From Paraphysomonas bandaiensis (Eukaryota > Protista > Chrysophyceae), in NCBI GenBank assembly GCA_965644295.1, contig CBFFRP010000307.1, positions 1 to 13,576 on the forward strand: 13,576 bases of DNA, written 5' to 3'. The notes under the pieces were generated by a model, which ran no database searches, was not told the DNA's origin, and was given only the letters and a program-made list of their open reading frames with translations. The stretch's first letter is position 1, and each line of letters starts with the position of its first letter. Of the stretch, positions 8,783 through 13,576 are shown in pieces. Both the position numbers and the translations under genes were made by a program.

Positions 8783-9520
8783 ATGAGTGAGTACATTGTA
8801 GTTCAGAATTCTAAGTATTGGAACAGTTGGCGAGCATCGAAAGTCTATTCGCTACAAGTCAATATATACAGTGGCAATATTGAGTGCGAACCATCTAGTG
8901 CTATTCGCCCCTCACAGATTGATCCTTACGTTGTTTGTTTTCTTGCAAGAGATCGATCCTTAAGTAAGAAGAAAACTACAATACTGAAGAAAACTGTTCG
9001 ACCGGTATGATAAGGCGACTGCTTATATATGACTCTAACAAATATGTTTTCTGTCATGTAGGTATGGAACGAGTGCGTGCTATTTACGGGACTGGATATT
9101 CAGGATAAATTTTGTATTGAATTAAAAATGCCAGCATGGGGGCCCATTAATCCTGTTCTTGCACACTACGCCTTTACGTTGGAAGAGCTGCTCGTATTCA
9201 GTGCTGACGACCTTGAATGCAAGACATTCAAGTTTACGTCCGGTACACCGGGTGTATCAGCTGATGTCACGTTGGGATTTGTTCTTGATGCCCCGGTGTC
9301 GTGTTTGCAAGTACCCGATTTGCAGGCAGAAGGCGCCCATGCCAACCAGATACTCGGCGAAAATGCTTCTGGTGAACTTCCTGTATTCCTTAACACACAC
9401 GGTGCATTCGCCAGCTTCTCTTTCTATGCGGACTCTCATCAGTATGTGGAGGAATATGGTCAAGTTGTTCCCCATGATAGTACAGTGAAAAGCCAACCCT
9501 CTAATGTGGTTGCTCTGTGA
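8783..9520 (+). CDS. C2-domain-containing protein; 2 coding exons, 226 aa
   Basis: Exons 8783-9004 and 9062-9520. Intron 9005-9061 (57 nt, GTATGA..CTAAC..TAG, phase 0). Splicing restores the C2 signature IDPYVVCFL...KKTTILKKTVRP|VWNECVLF. Further upstream exons cannot be excluded. Confidence 0.85.
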
Positions 9521-10005
9521 TGTTTTATTGTTGCCCTTATGAGAAAATGGAACTATTGGAATTAGCGACCTCATTTTGGTGCCTTTGTGATTGAATACTA
9601 CCCTCTATGATTGCATGTGATAAATTATGTTTCTCTTCAACCGTCGTAAAAAGGGTTGATGTTGCTGTGCATAGGTAATTCCCGTTCTGTGTGAACTCAT
9701 ATAATGCGCCATATTTAGTTCTTCGATTATGTTTTATTATTTAAGTCAAGAGAAATCCGTATTACGAATCGTAATCCTTGAGCAACATTTTCTACAAGCT
9801 GGCCTATATACTTCTGTTGCTGACTTCATATCAGATACTTGTGTATCGTATATAGCGAATTTCAGGAAACGTTTTAATACTAGTTCCGCACCACTGCCAT
9901 CACCTTATTACTTATTACGGTGGCACAATGCCATTGATCAAAAACACAAGTACAAAGTCACTTTAAAATATAATGCGCACAAATTACTATGAAAAAGTTA
10001 CTACG

Positions 10006-11814
10006 TTACTGCACACCCCATCCCCTCATATTAGCATGATGTTTCAGGCGTTGCACCATTTCACTGACAACATATTCCGGAGATAGTTTCTGCATTGTTT
10101 CTCGTGCTGCGAAGCCCTTCGCAGCAGCAGTTTGGGGATTCTCAAATACATTTCTCATATGTTGCGAAAGAATCTCCACACTTGGTGACACATATCCATT
10201 CAAGTCATCTTTATCATCTAACGGAACGAGAAACGCATTGGTGTTATCTGCATATGCAGTGGGGCCGGAGTAGTTTGTGACGATGACTGGGAGGCCAATC
10301 GACATTGCTTCTGCAACTGGTAAACACCATCCTTCACCTATGCTAACCGTAAGAATTCTGTATAATAGCAATACACTTCTGGCAAACCTCTAGTTGGAAG
10401 TACAAATGCATTACTTTCCCAATAAAGCATGCGCATCTCTTCCCTTGTCATCTCCGGTGATCGATCTGATAGGATGTGTATATATCAGTAATATGTGAAA
10501 ACAAAAACAAAAGAATATACCGGGAGGTACAGTACAATCTCCACATCCTATATCTACCTTAGCAAGATCAGACAGAGGTTTCCCGAAGTAATTACGAGCA
10601 TAGTTTGCTATGTTTTGCGAAATGTTCTTATCCCCTCTGAGGAAGTTTGGTCGATAAGTGTGCAAACGCAAAACCACATTGTCCACAGGTGAAAACACCG
10701 ACCAATAGGCCTGAAGCAGGACATCCCAGCCCTTCCGATGTTCCCACTTGAACACAGATAAAAACTGAAAAGGACCAGGTGATTGGGTACATTGGGCAAT
10801 ATCATCTGGGCTCCTCGGGTGAAAGAGTTTGGTATCGACTGCCTCTGGAACGACGATTACACTGGGTAGGCGCAAATTGAGTTGAGATGAAAGCGCAGAG
10901 AACACTCCCCTGTGCCACTCTGTCGGCACCCATATTTCGTCCATCCTACTAGCACATTGAATTACCTCATATTCTTCCCGATTGAGCCCGACAGAATGAA
11001 AGCTCTTCTCGCCTCTCTCAAGCATATACCGACCAATCCATATGGTATTTATATCACGGGGAAGAGTATTGATCGACTGGTTTTGATATACGCAGGTTGT
11101 TCCATGAAATATAATAGCACGTGGTGCCGGAAGACGAGTCGTGATGGCACCTATCGATGAAGGCGCAGCTCTAGGTCCAACAAACGATCCACGTTGACAG
11201 TTAGACCCTAAGGGAGTGACTTCTCCTTCTTGTCTGTTGGCAATATATTGTCCCTGCAGTGAGCACCCAGGACCAGAAGAACAGTCATCTCCAAAACTCC
11301 ATGCTACACACATAGGGTCTTCAACACATGCAGCACAGCATTTTTCTACAGAAATTGGATCAGGACTCACAATAGTCGGCCTAGCCAAGTTATAGAACTG
11401 ATGACGGGTGTCGGGCTTAAATGTGCGCATCTCTTGGCATAGCGAAATATCTAAGGTTCGGGACATATTATTAAACTTCAAACTATAACCCTGACTTCTA
11501 TACGTGCGATTTGGGCTTGTCAGCTGCAGAATATGTTCTTTCTCGCTGGGAAACAGTTGACTGAGGATACTGGATGAGGAATCCGCTGCACTTTCATGCA
11601 AAGAAGAGTTAAAAAAAGACTTCGAAACCCGACAATGAGGTAGTATAGTTCTCATGGCAGATGAAATGCCAATCAGTTCAAAGAAGAATCCATGAGACGA
11701 TAGCTCGGACCCTTGAATGACCCAGTCGATATCCATTTCCAGTGGATCCACTCTATCTCCTACGATACATCTTGCTAGAAGAACTACTAACATGACGCAT
11801 CTTGATGTCTTCAT
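10006..11814 (-). CDS. Glycosyltransferase family 4 (GT-B) protein with signal peptide and PAN/apple-like module; 3 exons, 567 aa
   Basis: Exons 11814-10521, 10465-10388 and 10337-10006. Introns 10520-10466 (55 nt) and 10387-10338 (50 nt), both GT-AG. The CDS is 1704 nt. Splicing restores AFVLPTRGEGWCLPVAEAMSIGLPVIVTNYSG, the GT4 EX7E motif. Other motifs: MDEIWVPTEW, VPEAVDT, FLSVFKWEHRKGWDVLL. Hydrophobic N-terminus MKTSRCVMLVVLLARCIVG. The Cys pattern CCAACVEDPMCVAWSF...CSL is PAN/apple-like. Confidence 0.92.
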
Positions 11815-12035
11815 TGCTTGCTAGTTTACACAGCAAGCTGCAAGATGGAGTCTCTTCTTGTCTATAGATGCACTGTGCTGTGGTCGTATATATATATGTA
11901 TTAAGATCATTGCCAGTTACTCCACCAGTGGGACTCTAATACAGTGTATTCTTCTTTAGAATACGGTATCTCTCTATCAGTTCTCGATATCGTCAATGGA
12001 TTGTACCATAGGGTTACAATTTCCAATAACGGACA

Positions 12036-12156
12036 TTTTTACCATTAAAAAAACCGGGTTTCATTTGAAAAAACCCAGGTTTATTTGTAAAAAAGCCAGT
12101 TTTCGTTTAAAAATTCTGATATTTTGCATAAAAATCAGTTTTTGGATATTATTTTT
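12036..12156. repeat. Degenerate ~21-bp tandem repeat with phased A- and T-tracts
   Basis: A-tracts start at 12047, 12068, 12089, 12109 and 12130 (spacing 21, 21, 20, 21), with T-tracts between them. Units include AAAAAAACCGGGTTTCATTTG, AAAAAACCCAGGTTTATTTGT and AAAAAAGCCAGTTTTCGTTT. Confidence 0.8.
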
Positions 12157-12159
12157 ATA

Positions 12160-12833
12160 TGTATATCAACTTCCACAGGAGCGACACACACATAAACTAC
12201 AGCCGGAGTAGCCGAGACTCGTCGGGGTTGCTTGGCACTCTCTCAGCACTCTGCACTCAGATACACGTACAAAACCAGATCATCAGGAGCGAGCAGCGAA
12301 CACATGATCATGAGTATTGTTATTATAATGTGTGTGTTGTAATCACTACTTGTATAGTGTGGTTGAGATGTAGTGTGATGCACACCGACATACACAACAC
12401 GTATATGCAGAGGGAAGGAGTTCATCAGCTGTGCACTGTGATCTCCGCACATATATCCATATTACACTGATACACATGTACATTGTGCTGTAATTCCATC
12501 TTCTTCTTCAATGATTATGGTGGTGTTAGCGCCAGGCAGATATGTTTGACACGCGAAGATTCTGTCATGGTGAAGGTGCTGGAGCGAATCCCCAACAGGC
12601 ACAGGAGGACCAATTTGGCAGTGGTTCAGATGCTCAGACTCGTGGAGGAACAAGTTGAAGTTCCCCTACAGCATATCAGACAGGAGATATGTGCATGGCG
12701 ATCTGTATCATGCAGATGTGGTTATGTTTCACGAAGGGATGTTCGCACCCAGCCTATTGAGAAGACGAATTACAGGTCTCATGGCGTGCACCTAGTTCTC
12801 TGGGCAGGTGTCGATTCAAGATACAGAAGTTAA
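12160..12833 (+). pseudogene. Coding-like segment of unknown origin (possible decayed gene or transposon fragment)
   Basis: GC is higher than in the flanks, there are overlapping 100-aa open frames and intron-like interruptions (e.g. GTATTG..TAG 12314-12357), but I could not build a consistent spliced model or recognise a family. Confidence 0.25.
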
Positions 12834-13576
12834 TCAGAGGTTGATATGAAAGAAGTATAAAATTATGTTGTTGATGTGTTTTACACGACAATGCATAATT
12901 GCCTATGCAATAATAATCTATCTAGTCTAAAAACTTATCTTTTCTTTCACGATCTAGACAAGTAAAAATATTCAAAAGTCAATAGAAGACTTTACATGGA
13001 CCAAGTCATTACCAAAAGTGGAACTAATGTGAAAAAATTATCAGATATATAACATAAAGCACAAAATTCATTACTATGTACAATGTCAAGTTATCAAGTT
13101 ATGACACTATTGGATGATTTACTAATTTAACTGGACGATTATTTCCTCATTGATCTTCATATAATTATTATAATCAATATCTCTTTTCATTCATCAATTT
13201 CATGTAATCTCTACGACCAATCATTTCTCGTAAGATATTACATCGTCACTATCTTGTATGATCAATATATTATATTCAGTTTCATTACTATGTAGGAAAA
13301 TAGGTCAAACGGGACGCATGTCATACTTTCAGCTGTAGCCATCATGTTGTTAGTTCTCATAATACTGTTAACTACTACTGTATTCTTCGACTAACGGTCA
13401 TAATTCCAATACCTTAGAATTACAGCTCTTAATTGCTCAGGCAGAGAGAGCAAAACTCAACATAGAAGTAGATACAATCATATCTTTTTAAATACTACCA
13501 TAATTTTTTAAACAACTTCCAACTAGCTAAGTATCATGTTTCTAATTACTGCAGAGTACATTACCTGGTAAAAATT

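Noticed and set aside
376-9992. Many short ORFs in the track as independent genes (e.g. 376-582, 882-1064, 2127-2327, 6846-7070, 7292-7474, 9159-9488, 9166-9396, 9257-9574, 9729-9992)
   Set aside because: They are antisense or off-frame to better supported spliced genes, or lie in probable 3' UTR sequence, and show no recognisable motifs.
2875-10482. Exact 15-mer GATAGGATGTGTATA shared by two introns (2875-2889 and 10468-10482), suggesting introner elements
   Set aside because: It sits at the 5' end of one intron and the 3' end of the other, the remaining intron sequences are unrelated, and one 15-mer match in 13.6 kb is not clearly beyond chance.
12047-12150. CRISPR-like array
   Set aside because: The units are adjacent, degenerate 21-mers with no spacers, there are no cas genes, and the context is eukaryotic.
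13558-13568. ACATTACCTGG, resembling the U1 snRNA 5' end
   Set aside because: Imperfect match at the window edge. It is equally well read as a minus-strand splice donor (CAG|GTAATG) or as chance.

Overview
This window is intron-rich eukaryotic nuclear DNA (protist-like, standard genetic code), not prokaryotic, so most ORFs in the supplied track are exon fragments or antisense noise. Splicing by hand with short GT-AG introns (27 modelled, 43-67 nt) gives five phase-consistent genes. (1) + 317-1104: a 210-aa ERCC1-like non-catalytic XPF-family protein resembling SPO16/PARTING DANCERS or FAAP24. (2) - 6118-1944: a 22-exon, 1017-aa HEAT-repeat protein whose C-terminal third resembles a very divergent condensin CAP-D2/D3 (Cnd1) subunit. 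(3) + 6613-7632: an intronless coiled-coil protein with a DUF4833-like domain. (4) + 8783-9520: a small C2-domain protein. (5) - 11814-10006: a GT4 glycosyltransferase with a signal peptide and an inserted PAN/apple-like module. Unexplained non-coding structure includes a GC-rich block with Helitron-like ends (about 1310-1614), ACTTC clusters in two promoters, a possibly spliced and structured non-coding stretch (7700-8416), a palindrome-rich tract (8410-8660), a 21-bp phased A/T-tract array (12036-12156) and a decayed coding-like segment (12160-12833). Family assignments come from remembered motifs, not database searches. I found no CRISPR array, rRNA, tRNA or intact transposase.
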